A stretch of DNA of 64,000 nucleotides from Pseudovirgaria hyperparasitica (lineage: Eukaryota). A program made the translations under genes and the position numbers. Where the stretch lies: assembly GCA_010093815.1 (NCBI GenBank), contig ML996572.1. The stretch is one strand, 5' to 3'. The notes beneath the pieces are model-generated. The model was not told the origin of the DNA. It saw only the letters and a list, made by a program, of their open reading frames with translations, and made no database searches. Each line of letters opens with the position of its first letter. Positions within the stretch are counted from its first letter, which is position 1. Below, in pieces: positions 51,301 through 63,789 of the stretch.

Positions 51301-54300
51301 ATAGATAGAACGTAGTACTAAGTTTCCGCTTGATTCCTAGCGTATAGTAGAAATCCTTCTAAAATTTAGACGTTATCTACGGACCTCTATCCGAAACTAT
51401 ACTATTTAGTATACTATAGAGCCGGACTACGTCACGGAGTAGTATATCTATAAGATCCGGTACTTAGATTATCTTTCTTATAGGGATATAGTATAATATC
51501 TTTATAAATCTATCTAGAACTATAAGTAAACTATTATAAATGTACCTAGAACACTTACTTAGGGGTAGATCTATAATAAAATCTATTAATAATTCCTTCC
51601 ATGCCTCCTTTAGTATAGGTAATAGCCTTAATTCGCTATATAGTAAGTGTCTATATACTTTCGTATACTAGTAAACGTTATACATTTTTACGTAGTCTTT
51701 TATATATTTATAAAGACCCGGCTAGTCGTACGTCCTTCGGATTAAATCGACCGTCCTTATAATACTAAAGTACCCTACTAACGCGTAATCGTGCTATTCC
51801 CTTAAAATATTAATTTATAAGCCGCCTTCCGGCACGTAGAGTCGGCCTTAGAAGTAGATCGCGTCCAATTATCATTTCTACCTTAATAACCACAGCGGAT
51901 CTATAGCGCTTCCTTTTATACTTATGACTTTCTTTACTAATATATCGGAATTCTAGGTAGATTTAATTAAGTCTTTAAGGGTTTTCTTAGTTTCTTAGAC
52001 GTTTATTTAGATTACTTAATACCCGCTCTAATTCCCGCGGAGAATCGCCGAAAGTGTCCTAGCTTCTAGCATTCTATTAGATAACTAGTCTTATAGTATC
52101 TAAAGTATAGCATAGTCTAAATTACACCAACTATCTACATTATTCTATAACGATTTCTTATAATCTTCACGCCGCGATAGAGGATTAGCTTTATTCTCTC
52201 TTCTAGCTTTATATAAGATTTTAAAGTTAAATATTAATATCTACTTAGCCTAACGTACTTATCGGCGATTAAGAACCTTAGTCGATATAAAGTAACGTAG
52301 ATTTATATGATCCGATAATAATTCGATCTAATATATAGAGCCTTCTAAATAATATTACTATTACTTAAAACTCTTAATAATTATAAGTAGTTCCTGGTCG
52401 TGTGTATAATAACGCGTCTCTATATCCGCTATTTTATAGAAAAAGAAAGCGACCGGGTGCTATTATACCTTATCTTTTATATCTTTATACGGTTAACTAA
52501 TGATTCTAGTAATTACGAATTCTAACACGTTAGTTTTAATCTAAATATGCTTCTTAGAATCGAAATACCTAAGAATTAGCGTAGTTATAAAGTAATTCTT
52601 TAACGATCGGAACGCATCTCGCGCTTCCAGCGTTAACTATATCTTAACTAACTTAGCTTTACGCTATACTCGCCTATCTATAGGGATTTTACCGCCATTC
52701 TCTATAAGTTTATTAAGCGGCGCCGTAATTCGTAAGAAGTCTATAATGAATTTACGATAATAGTTTATAAAACCTATAAATATTCTAATTTAACGTATAG
52801 TAGTAGGTTCTAGCTATTCCATGATAGTCTTTACACGCTCCAGCTCCATTTTTAGGCCGCTATATATTATAATAAAGCCGAGAAACCCAACTTCTTATTA
52901 GTAAAACTCATATTTAGATAATTTTACGTAGAGTTTATACTATCTTAGACGATTTAGTACCGATTTCACGTGTCCTTTATAATTCTACATGCTATCGGAG
53001 TAAATTAGTATATTATTAAGATAAACTACGTAAATCACGTTAAGTAATCCTATGAGTATAGTATTAATATATCCTTAAAACGCTCCTAGCGTATTTATTA
53101 GCCCGAATGGCATAATAGTATACTTAAAATAACTATATCTAGTCCGAAATGCGGTTTTCTACTTATCTCTGCGATGAATTTAAAGCCGGTAATATATATC
53201 TTATAAATCTAGCTTCGTAAAGTACTTTACCTTCGTTAATTAGTCTAAAGATTTACTAACTAGCGGTAATAGATAACGATTCTTCTTAGTCACCGTATTT
53301 AGTACCTAATAGTTAACGCATAGACGTAAACTTCCGTCTTTCTTCTTTACGAAGAGAATAGGTACGCCGGCTAATAACGTACTATAACGTATCTAGCCTC
53401 TTTCGAGGTATTCTTTAATATATTTATAAAGAACTTCGAGTTCTAGTCTCGAAAGTAGGTAAAGTAGGCTATAAGGGACGTCTACTCCCTCTTCGAGCTC
53501 GATCTTTAGCTTATACGGCCCGTGATTAGGGAGAAGTAATATATCTTCTACCGAAAATACATCTATATACTACGAATATATGTCGGGTAGCGTGTCTTCG
53601 CCCTAATTATTACTATCGTCCTTATCTTTATTAATAATTAATAAGAACGTAAGATAGATTAGTAATAATCGGGTCCGCACGGCGAGGTTCTATGCCTCCT
53701 TACTAATAGTTATAACTTACTAGTATAATTTACCACGGTATTATCGGAACGTTAATGTCTCCTTCTAAAAATTAAGGATAGGGTTTAGGCGTCTAAGCTA
53801 AGGTATCCCTAGAATTATATTCTATTAGCTAATATTAGCCACGATGAATTTATTAGATATCTACTATTTTATTATCTTCGAGTCATGAACTTCGTAATTC
53901 GTTATAGCTTTACCTAAAGTTCTAACTTTATATCTATTAACTACAATAGTTCAGCTAACTTTACCGAGATCATACAATAATCTATACTCCTTTATAAGAA
54001 TTAATAAAATATAGTTATCTTCTATACTAGTATCTACGAGGGCCTATATAGTTTTATTACTATTTACTATAGGTAATGATACTTTTAGTAATATTAGATC
54101 TTTACTCGCCGGAAGGCGCTATAGCTCCTCCTAAGTATATATAATTTAGCTAAGAATACGGTTAGGTCTCGTGTACTAGCCTATTCTTTTTTCGGATTCT
54201 TATAGTTAGGTAAAATATATCCTATTTCTCTATACTTATAGTAATGAAGTACGCTATAATTCTACTATTTTACGATAGGCGTTATATTTAAGCCTATGTC

Positions 54301-55756
54301 TTATCCTTTTCTACGTTAAGAAGTACCGCCTTAATTATTTTAGTATCCTCTTAACGCGTTTCTACCCCGATTTACACTCTTCTAGCGCTAATTATAGTAA
54401 GGTTACTCTTAATCGAACGTATTTAATCGACCTCGTTTCTAACCCGTATAGGGTTCGTTGGTTTTATCTAGAGAGCCGCGTTCCTTAAGAATATAGTAGT
54501 ATTTATTAGCTTTCTTCTCTAATTCGTATAGATAGTTAAAACTTAATAATACTATTCCTAGTCTTTCGCGGATTAACGGAAGTAGTACTTTATAAAACTA
54601 GAATATATAAATATTTTCCTATAGCGTAGAGATATTATCCTATAGGTTTTAGAGGTATTATAGTAGTTAAGTAGGTGTCTAGTTCGGTCGTTATACCACG
54701 CTTCTTAACTTAGATAGTGCCTTTCTTTCACGTTCTCTATCCGTTCCGAGGGTGTTTAGTATAAATATAGCTAAATATTTCTAGGTTATCGTAGATAGTA
54801 GCTATACTTCCTTCTATCTATTCTATTAATCGCGGGATTATAAGTCTAGGTATCGTTCTCTAAATGAAATGCGTTATACTTTAGTAGAAAAGAGTAGAGG
54901 GTTATTAAGGAAGTACTTTTCGTAGTCTCTCTTCTAGTCTTTCTACTCCTTTTAGTTCTTCCCTATAAATATAGTTAGGTCTTTAGATTTTAGTATATCT
55001 AGGGAAGGAGTAGAGTAAATCGGTAACGAAGCGGCCGGGTATACGGTAGATTATCGTAACTCTAATGGTAGGTGAACTAATTCCGCCTGAATTAGTATAG
55101 GAAGTCGTCCACCTACTATCGTTCGGCGTAGTTCTTTAAGAGACTTCTTAAGTTCTCGTCTCTTTGCGAGGAGTTTCGCGCGTTCTACCTATTCTTTAAG
55201 AGTTTAAATCTCTTAAGCCTAATTCGCGACGTATTCCTAAAGTTCGGTAATAGTTTATTATAATACCTTGCGTAGCTCCGCCACGACTCGTTATCTAGCT
55301 TTATATTATTAGAAGTTACTTAGCGTATCTACTATTTCTTCGTCTAAAAGCTCTATGATTTAGTCTAATATTTCTACTTCTTAGTTAGAAACGGCTGGGA
55401 TTAATACCGATTATAGAGGATCCCTATTATTTAATATAGTATTACTTATCTCTATAGTAGATCGTATCGATCTTCTCGGTTCTAGTTAGACTATCTTAAC
55501 TATAGTACTATATAGGGAGTAATTCGAATATAAGAATAGGGTTATTAGATAGTAGTATAGTTAGATAGAATAATAGGGTGTATTCTATTATAGAACGAAT
55601 TACTACCGAACCCTTTTAGTAGGAATCTAAGAGTATATATATAAAGGGACGCCGATCTATCTAGTATATAACTGTTTACCGCCCTTTACGTTACCTCCTA
55701 ACCCTGTTAGCTAAGGTACGTGTAGGTCGGGTCCTATCTAAGGCTAAGTCCTAACA
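48374..55756 (-). mobile_element. Gypsy chromovirus copy A3, full length, inserted in the Copia gag region
   Basis: LTRs at 48374-48601 and 55529-55756; TSD ATAAT at 48369-48373 and 55757-55761. Confidence 0.96.
49173..50067 (+). pseudogene. Antisense accessory gene copy in A3
   Basis: ATG at 49173; colinear with 2044-2938. Confidence 0.78.
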
Positions 55757-56099
55757 ATAATAATCTATAAGGATTTCTACTTAGAAAAGTTATTACTATA
55801 AGAGATAAGCTTAGAGAGGACTAATAGATTAAGCTTAAAGTTAAAAGCTATCTAGTAAGGCGCTTACGGAGGGCTACGTAATTCTAGAAGGGTTTTAGAT
55901 ATAGTAGTATCTAATATATATATAGTAGGAGGAGTAGAAGTATATAAGGCTTATTTATTAGGCTTAGTAAATACGGGAAGTAGTAGGTATACTTTAAAAA
56001 GAACGGAGGATAGAATAAAGTCTATGAATAGCTGGATATAGATAGTATAGTAAGAATTATAATAGAAAAACGATAGATAATTAATATAGCGGAGCTATA

Positions 56100-56187
56100 G
56101 GGATTATAATCTATTAAAGTTCTAAAGAAGTTATATTATCTAAGTCCTTAAGTCTAAGAGAGACGACTTAAGTATTCTACGCTAATA
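56100..56187 (-). repeat. Putative Copia PBS (56100-56112) and short or truncated 5' LTR (56112-56187)
   Basis: Minus strand agattataatccc resembles the GGTTATGAGCCC-type site seen after fungal Copia LTRs; tatt...aata could be RIPed TGTT...AACA; RIP signature ends here. Confidence 0.4.
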
Positions 56188-57329
56188 GCTAGTGTGACAA
56201 ATAAATGAGAGAGTAGTTCCTTCCACATAGATTACTAAGTACATAGTAAGTTTAGGGTAAGCCCATGACGCAAGGGACAATATGAGGGAAGTAGGTTGCG
56301 TTCAAACCGTAGATATTGGGCGTAGATGTGGGAGCCGGGGCTCGACAGCAATCGATTCAACTAAGAAGCGGTTGTGAACGTTGGCATTGAAGGAAGTGGG
56401 GAAGTATATCCATCCTTAAGGCATCTAAAACAACCCACACTAGAAAGGCTGGCAAGGCTAGTACTAGTGTAAGTCCTTATACCCACCATGAATGAACTTT
56501 GTGGCGCGTTAGATAAAGTGGCACAGCAAATAAATGGTAGAACGATATCTGTATATCCGTCGTTCTCCTAGAACCTAACACACCTAGCACTTGTACACAC
56601 GTATTCTTACTTCATCTTCCTATTTTGAGCTCTTCTATATATTTTTTTATAGATGAGTATATAAGAATATCAAGAGTCGATATAATAGACAAATGGATAT
56701 ATCTTATGTCGTTTATAAGTCTATCTTATGTCTATAAAGTCTCTATTAAGAGATAGAAAAATTTTCAAAAAATCTTAGAAGTTCCTAGAACATAGCCTAT
56801 GTGAAAAATATTTACTAAATTTTTCCGTATTATGGTACTCTATAAGTCTATATAAAATTATAATATGTGGACTCTTATAGAGAGGCATAGAAGTCCAAGA
56901 GACCTCTGAAATGGGGGTGGGCTGAGCACGCGTATGTGAAGAAAACAGCCAAAGAGTCAGATTGTATAGGAAGAACGACGAAAGGTTAAGGGCAACGACA
57001 GCTAGAGAGACCGTGGCAAGACATTGCTAATGTGCTTTGTGATTTCTTGGGATGCGACTCCTCGGACGTTTACTAGACGATATACATACTTATGTGCCGT
57101 AATCTTCTTTCAGCAGGCTTATGTCTGTATGCAAAGTCAGTCTAGGCCTGCGAGATAGACTTCGATATGCCTCGAATGTGGAACTGACGGTAGGCGTGCA
57201 AATATGTGTACGGGGTATCATTGTGTTTGTGTGTTATAGGTAGGGTAATTACATACTTTTCCATTGCTACATGTCCTGCTTTTTTGTTGAGAGCTATACG
57301 TATATCTAAACTCAGATCGCTTGTTGTCA

Positions 57330-58204
57330 TCATTTCGTATTTAGTTCGAAGGGGCCCGCGTTTGCTCTCAATTCCACGGGTTGTCCGTTGATGTAACCTC
57401 CGGTAGGCGCTGTAGGCGTCAATACTGGTGACTTGGGCTGGTCGTGCTCGGCCGTTCTGGGTTGCCAATAGGTATTACCGCCGGAGTAGTGGTGGTACGC
57501 TTGAGCATGCATGGCTCGTTGTTTGTCTGTGTGTGCGCGGCGCGAGCACCAAAACGTAGCACCGATGATTGTCGCGATGGCTAGAGAGGCTCCGACTCCA
57601 ATACCGACACCAATGCCTAATTGGACGCCTTTGTTGTAGACCGGACATGTGGAGCTTTCGGCTGGTGCTATGGTAGGGCAGCTACTAATGGCAGGGCAGC
57701 TACTATTATTGGTTGGGGTAGGGCTCTGGCTCTGAGACCCAGTAGGAACTGGTGACTCTACCACTGCACAGTCGGACGGAGCAGTGAAAAACTGAGTGTC
57801 TCTTTCCGAAGTTTCGCGATCCATCTGGCCGCTGTCAAACCATCCATAACTGGCTTGTTTGGCCATCTGAATATGGCAGGGAAAGGCCCATGCTGCAGTT
57901 ACATTCAGAGTATGGGAGCCTTCTGCGGGCATATCAAGGAATTGAGCGACTAGAATACCGTTAGAAGCCTGGAATAAGCTCTTCTTAATAGAGAGTGACC
58001 TTGGTTGTTATCGCCACACCATAGGGTCATGACGTTCGGCTGGAAGCTTGAGATCCAGCTCAAGTTCACACGGTCCCCTTCTTGCAGGGCTGGCACCAAG
58101 CCGACCTTGGAAGGCCAATAGAAAACATCGAGATTTGTCCTGCCTAGGACTGGAAGTAGCAGATGAGAGGAGAATAGAACGAAGGACAAGAAGCACCTAA
58201 GCAT
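57330..58204 (-). CDS. Single-pass type I membrane protein (~274 aa; signal peptide, Ser/Thr/Pro-rich stalk, TM helix, short tail; Mid2/SKG6-like architecture); intron 57950-57999
   Basis: A 50-nt GT..CTAAC..TAG intron joins ORF 57950-58204 in frame to ORF 57330-57932; TM segment GIGVGIGVGASLAIATIIGATFW; PVEL/PFEL tail motifs. Confidence 0.8.
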
Positions 58205-58812
58205 GGCTGAGCGAGTGACTGTCGTGCAAGATACGAGGGCGGCAGCATCTTAATAACGTCTGGTCATCGTCCTGGCAATGTAACTCTGTAACTCTGGACA
58301 GTGGCTACATCCTGCAAGCTTGGGGCGCAGGCATCGTCTATTGTGTGGATAGACGCTGACCTTGCGGTTAAGAGAGAAGACTTCAGCGTTTGTTGTATCA
58401 GGACATGCACGGTATTCTATCTTGGGTAGGCAGACTGGGTTGTTTACTCAAATCTAGAGTAGCTCATTTATGTAGTGGCTAGACCGTAAGCAATATAGAC
58501 TGGTGCGTTTGCTCACTACCGACGTAGTGATTGGACGTGTTGACGCCCGTTCATTCTAGGCATCAGGCACCTAAGGGCATCAGGACCCATAAACGGCCCG
58601 GGCTGCGGCGTAAACAGCAGCATTGTAGATAGGTTGATCTGTCAAGTGGAGTGAGGATGCGGGCGCTTCTAAGCGGCTGACCAGGAGAATCGAGTGGTCT
58701 AGGCGGTACTGCAGACCCACCGATAGCCGGTCACTCAAGTATCATCAATATCATCTCGTTCTTCTGCCCCCTTCCTCCAACCGCTCCTGTCCAGACGCAG
58801 ATGTAAAACACC

Positions 58813-60186
58813 ATGGTTCTTGCGAGACTCACATCGAAGCCGGCCTTACTCGTGCTACCTGTCTTGCTCTTGTTCATCATTGCCTACCACCTCTCGTCAA
58901 ATCATCATTTCCCTACCCCTACCATACCTCAGCTCTCTGTCCCACGCCACTGCTCTCCAAACCTAGCCAGATTGCAACAGCTGAAGCTGTCCGCAGAGAT
59001 AAACTACGGTCGCGCTGCTATAAACGTTCGTTATGCTGCCTCCACATCGCAACCCGAACAATTTCAGCTCCCGCTTCCTGAATTCAACAAGATGCGGGTG
59101 CATGAACATGTGGAGGGAAGTGAACCTCCTCAATGCCCAGAGCCTTTCATGCTAAGCTACGACACTCCGCCGCCGCCACCTGACCTCTCCCACATCATTT
59201 TTGGCGCCGCGACGACGATCGATCGATTGGAGGCCTCGTTCTATGATTTTGCTCATTGGATAAGTGGCACAAATGCTCTGCTCTATGCAATCCTTGAGCC
59301 AGCAGCCGCGCCCGATATCGAGCGTTTGAAAGAGAGAGCAAAGTCAATGGGATTCCGACTCACTGTGGAAGAATCAGAATTGGACTGGCATCGACGCTAT
59401 TTCACCCTTACGCGGCGCTTCTATGAACATCACACGAGCACCACCAAGTGGGGTATAATAATTGACGACGATACCTTTTTCATCTCGCCTACCCGCCTAT
59501 CATCTTTCCTGGCCTCCTTTGACCATACGCAAAAATATTACATCGGGGGTGTGACTGAAGACTTCGGACAGATTAAGAACTTTGGTATTTTTGGATATGG
59601 CGGTGCGTCGAACATCTTATCAATTCCATTATTGGCAGAGTTGAACGGTCTATACGACGTGTGTGTTAAGGAAGAGACTGGTGGAGACATCATGCTCGCT
59701 AGGTGCCTTTATGGGCACACCGGAACCAAGCTGACAATGGAACACCGATTACATCAATTCGACATGAACGGAGATCTTTCAGGAATTTACGAGTCCGGTC
59801 GCCGCCGGCCCCAAATGCTTTCAGTGCACCATTGGAAATCGTGGCATCAAGCAAATATGACCAACATGGCTGCGGTGTCATCAGTCTGCGGCGATGAATG
59901 TTTGCTTCAGCGCTTCAAGTTTGCCGATGGTTGGTGGTTAACCAATGGCTACTCCCTCGTTAAGTACAGCAAAGATCTCTCGCTAGACGATGTTACGATC
60001 GAACACACGTGGAGAGAGAATGGAGACTACTGGCACAGCTTCGATCCACTGCGGCCAAAAGACGAGGGAAAGACATCTTTGAGACTGGAGCTTGTGGAAA
60101 GGACGGAGAATAGTGTTTCTCAATTCTACGTGCAAAGGAAGGAGGGACTCGACCATGTATTTGAGATGGTCTGGACGACGACGTAA
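58813..60186 (+). CDS. Glycosyltransferase family 31 (Fringe/DUF604-like), type II membrane protein, 457 aa
   Basis: N-terminal anchor; motifs W.IIIDDDTFF, YYIGG..E, GYGGA...LS.PL, GGD..LARC, LHQ.D..GD, SVHHWKSW. Confidence 0.9.
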   Translation: MVLARLTSKPALLVLPVLLLFIIAYHLSSNHHFPTPTIPQLSVPRHCSPNLARLQQLKLSAEINYGRAAINVRYAASTSQPEQFQLPLPEFNKMRVHEHVEGSEPPQCPEPFMLSYDTPPPPPDLSHIIFGAATTIDRLEASFYDFAHWISGTNALLYAILEPAAAPDIERLKERAKSMGFRLTVEESELDWHRRYFTLTRRFYEHHTSTTKWGIIIDDDTFFISPTRLSSFLASFDHTQKYYIGGVTEDFGQIKNFGIFGYGGASNILSIPLLAELNGLYDVCVKEETGGDIMLARCLYGHTGTKLTMEHRLHQFDMNGDLSGIYESGRRRPQMLSVHHWKSWHQANMTNMAAVSSVCGDECLLQRFKFADGWWLTNGYSLVKYSKDLSLDDVTIEHTWRENGDYWHSFDPLRPKDEGKTSLRLELVERTENSVSQFYVQRKEGLDHVFEMVWTTT

Positions 60187-61077
60187 AACCACGAAACTAG
60201 CACTTACTGTTCTTTCTGCCTATTCATTGGTATAGATATCCCACGGAGATGCTTATCCACATTCAAGACGTCAAAACAAACCTCGTCTTACAACCGAATG
60301 CTTCGGTGAAAGGCATTGTGCACTATTTCTCGACTAAAGATTTGGACCACCCGCTCCCGTATTAGCCTTACCGGGCGGGAGACGCTGGACGTTCCACTAA
60401 CTCTTCATATTTCTCCTTTTTACACTGTTACATGTTCGGGTGTTGTGCGAATTGCTTGTATTCTTGTGCCATCTATTATGCGATGGCAGCAACTTATAAC
60501 GTTGGAAGCTTCAATGCTTCATACAGCGCAAGAAATCCTGAGAGGCCCCTCGAATCTTGTAGTTCGATATCTCGCTTCGAAAGTATCTGTAAGCAATACG
60601 CAAGCATAGAAGTCAGTCCTCTTCGCCGGCTTTACTCGTGATCTAAACACATGATACAACATCTCGTCAATGCGACAGACACTATTACCCGCCGCCAGGC
60701 TTGCAGGTCAGAATGCTAGCATATTACAGTCACATGATAGCTTTGCGTTGCATCCACATCCGCTTTTCCGGTTGAAATTATCGTTTATCATTTTCTGAAA
60801 AAAAAATAGACCAGCTTTCTGATAGTAACCGATTGGCTCTGACACCTAGGATCAACCCTCACCGCTGGCACTGCGGCGGGCAACCAAGCAAACAAGCAAA
60901 CAAGCAAACAAACAAACCAAAAATATCGCAGAGGTCAAAAGGATACACCAAATCCAATCATCCATCTCGCCGTCTCCTCTCTGCGCCACAGCCACACACA
61001 TGCCACCCACCAAATCACAGAAACAATACGGCAAATGCTCTCCACACAAGTCCTGAGTTCCCCGGCAAACACAGAGG

Positions 61078-61125
61078 GCCACAGCCACAGCCACAGCCAC
61101 AGCCACAGCCACAGCCACAGCCACA
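61078..61125. repeat. (GCCACA)8 microsatellite
   Basis: Read directly from the sequence. Confidence 0.95.
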
Positions 61126-61277
61126 GCCAGCCTTGTAGACAAACGAATTTCCACAAACGCACGCGCCATGCACAACGACGAACACACCGCCGCACGCGCT
61201 GTGCAATGAATACAATGCAGCACAGTCCATCGTCGTAAATGTAAAACGCAAAACGCGACACATCCCCCACGCACGAA

Positions 61278-61306
61278 GGGAGGGGTGAGGGGTGAGGGGT
61301 GAGGGG
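61278..61306 (+). repeat. (GGGGTGA)n repeat, potential G-quadruplex
   Basis: Four GGGG tracts separated by TGA. Confidence 0.8.
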
Positions 61307-61997
61307 TAATCAACGAGTCCATGACGCGGGTTTTTTTTACCAAAAAAAAAAAAAAAAACCGTCAAGGGCCCATCCCTGCCCGAAAAAAAATTCAGATCAC
61401 GTTGTAATCATGTACAAGAATCAAGGAGACAGCGAGCAGCATGTGCAACAGCAAGCTCTGCAACTCATGTGGCGACGCTGTAGTGTCCGGAAATGCACAA
61501 ACAAGACGCTATTCTTTTTCGAGAAGAACTGCGTCTGTGTGTGTCCGTGTGTACATACCATGTGCGCCTACGGATATCCTGCTCTTACGTATAGATTGGG
61601 AAAAATCCCCAAAGCCGCCTTCCTCAAACCCCCCACACAGACAATCATGTTTCTGTATACAACCAGGCACTCCGATGGTTTGCGTGACTGGCAGTATGGG
61701 TCCAGTAATCATGAATGTAACTGTACAGTCGTCAAGCACACTTTGCATTGAAACAGCACAGTGTAGATTTCTCATTTCAGAGTCTCTGCAGCAAGACGAA
61801 AGTCGGAGGAAGGCGAACGAAGAGCCAAAATTTCAACGGAGGTCCGGGTTCGCTTGCTATGCTATTAGCTTTGAGTCGCACCCGACTAAGCTGGCTACCT
61901 GTCTATTGCCGGTTGGGGCGCGGAAGTAGTTCGTAAATGTTGGTTAAATTAAGGTATATCTGCTTATGGGATGTGATACCATTCCTTGTCTCGAAAT

Positions 61998-62932
61998 CTA
62001 AGGCAAACAAGTCAACAAGCTCTTTAATTTCTCCAACACAATTTCCTGCCGACGAGCGTCCACTGTCGTCCTGTCCTTCGCATCTCCCGGGCTCACACTG
62101 ACGAAACAGCCTTTGTCAAGAACCGTCTTCTCCCTCGGCAATCTTCCGTCGTTGTTACATGTCACGACGTCCTTGTTCCAAACCAAGCCGACATTGATCC
62201 TACTAAGCACGAACTTGAAATCACTGATATCATTGCACTTCTTGTTGACTTTCGGGAAATTAACATTCAAAAAAACGTTCTCTGGAAGATACGGGGCTCC
62301 TGACGCGATGACCGCATCTGTGAGGTTCATCGCCAGATCAGCGTAGATCTTGCTGTAAAGTGGCGTGGCGGCGTTGAATGCTGTTCGGTGTCCAGTGCTG
62401 CCACTGAATGCGATGGCCGGGATACCTTGCTTAACGGCTTCAATTGCTGCACCGATGGTTCCAGAGAAAGGAATCTGGAGTTCGATGTTGGTTCCAACAT
62501 TTGGGCCTGTTACGGCGAGCTCAGGGGCGCCGCCGAGTTCACGAGGCGAGACGGTGGCGATACCGTATTTCATTGCCGTGACAGGATAGGAGTTAACGTA
62601 GTTCAGGCGCGAGTTATTTGGGTCTGCGCCGACGGGACCAGAGTTTGCAGGGCAGGAATTGAATTCGCAGGGTTTGATGCGAGGGGTCGGTGGTTTGTCA
62701 GACGAGCCTGCTGAATGTGAGCATACAGAGTTCAACGATCAAGGACGTGCAATGACATACTGCTTCCAGATTGGTTGTCAGCGGGACCTGACAGGACGAC
62801 GCTGTGGCTCGCTGCGTTCAGTACTTCGTTGAAGACACGGATGTTCTTCTCAGCCCAGCCGTCATCATTAGATTGCACGATGCGAATTGCGCCAGCAGCG
62901 ATGGGGAGGATGGCGATAATAATGGAGCGCAT
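61998..62932 (-). CDS. surE: Secreted SurE-family acid phosphatase / 5'-3'-nucleotidase (~294 aa); intron 62711-62760
   Basis: Signal peptide; motifs SNDDG, P..NQSG, GPN.G.N, SGT.GAA.EA...GIPAIAFS; a GTATGT...CAG intron joins the two ORFs in frame. Confidence 0.92.
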
Positions 62933-63789
62933 GGCGACAGAGCCTGGGAGCGAGAAGACGTCGGTGACTGAGGCTCAAGCGACAGAAGGCAAGGCTGGCG
63001 GCTGGCTGATTGATATGCGCGATATTCAACCTCTTAAATGAATGTTGATAGTGGATCTCTTAAGACAAAGCCAGATTTAGTCGCTACCCCGGACGGACGT
63101 GGGGTGGGAGTGGCTGGAAGCAATGCCCACGACCACGTTCCCGGAACTAGAGGGAAAGCGGCAGGTCGATCTGCCGTGAGCCATAATTTGCTGGTAACAT
63201 ATTCATGACAGGCCGTGAGAGGCTCCAGTGAGGATGATCTGCCTTTCGCTTAAAAAGCTTGCAATGTCGTTTGTGGGCCACTTGACGTCGAGAGCTTACA
63301 CCCAGGCCGTTTCTAAAGAGATATGCCGAGACGCTATTGAAGCAAAGTTGGAGTGTCGAATGTCGGGGGCACAGATAGAGATCCGTGCGAGTTTTACCAT
63401 CTTCGAGCAGGACTGTAGAATCATGCATCCCACGCGGAATATGTCATAGGAATGAGATCTGCCGACCGTCATTCGGTCTCTGGGTTACAAGTCTCTGCAG
63501 CAATGGGTGCATGAAGTCACGAAAGCACTCGGTGCATACACGTGCTTTATGGAAGTACTATGATGGTTCCATGAGGTTTCACTATCTTCTGCTGCGGATT
63601 TTCGGTTTTTTGTCTCTTTTGGAGAATCTCGTAGTGCGCTTTGGCGGTGTATTTTGAGGGCCATCCTCCGAAGATATCTTCTTTGGCAAAATCTTCTTTA
63701 CCGCACCCATCTTTGGTGGGCCCCTCTTTGGTGGACCTTTCTTTGCAAATGTCCTCTCTGGCGCGGCCTTCCTCGTGCCTAGGCTGGCT

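Larger units (their letters stand above)
45500..56187 (-). mobile_element. Ty1/Copia retrotransposon, 5' half (host of the nest), interrupted by A3; remainder expected left of the window
   Basis: De-RIPed minus-strand translation: RT VGCRWVF...KARLV.QGF.QKPG..Y..TYAPV (45500-45760); integrase YFITFIDEF..FTWIRFLK.KSE (~46725-46795); protease WVFDTG.SKHM (~47395-47432); knuckle CSWCKK...GH...NC (~47690-47750). IN lies before RT, as in Copia. Confidence 0.88.

Noticed and set aside
1244..55756. Dating insertions from LTR-LTR divergence
   Set aside because: Differences are dominated by RIP transitions, so a clock would be invalid.
56190..56208. tagtgtgacaaataaatg as a DNA-transposon TIR
   Set aside because: No inverted partner or transposase found in the window.
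60833..61365. Overlapping ORFs with PQ, HS, AV, WL and CG dipeptide runs
   Set aside because: All arise from the (GCCACA)8 microsatellite read in six frames.
59699..63657. Small ORFs overlapping GT31 or SurE, or lying in 60316-61936 and 63147-63657
   Set aside because: Antisense or alternate-frame shadows, or no recognisable motif.
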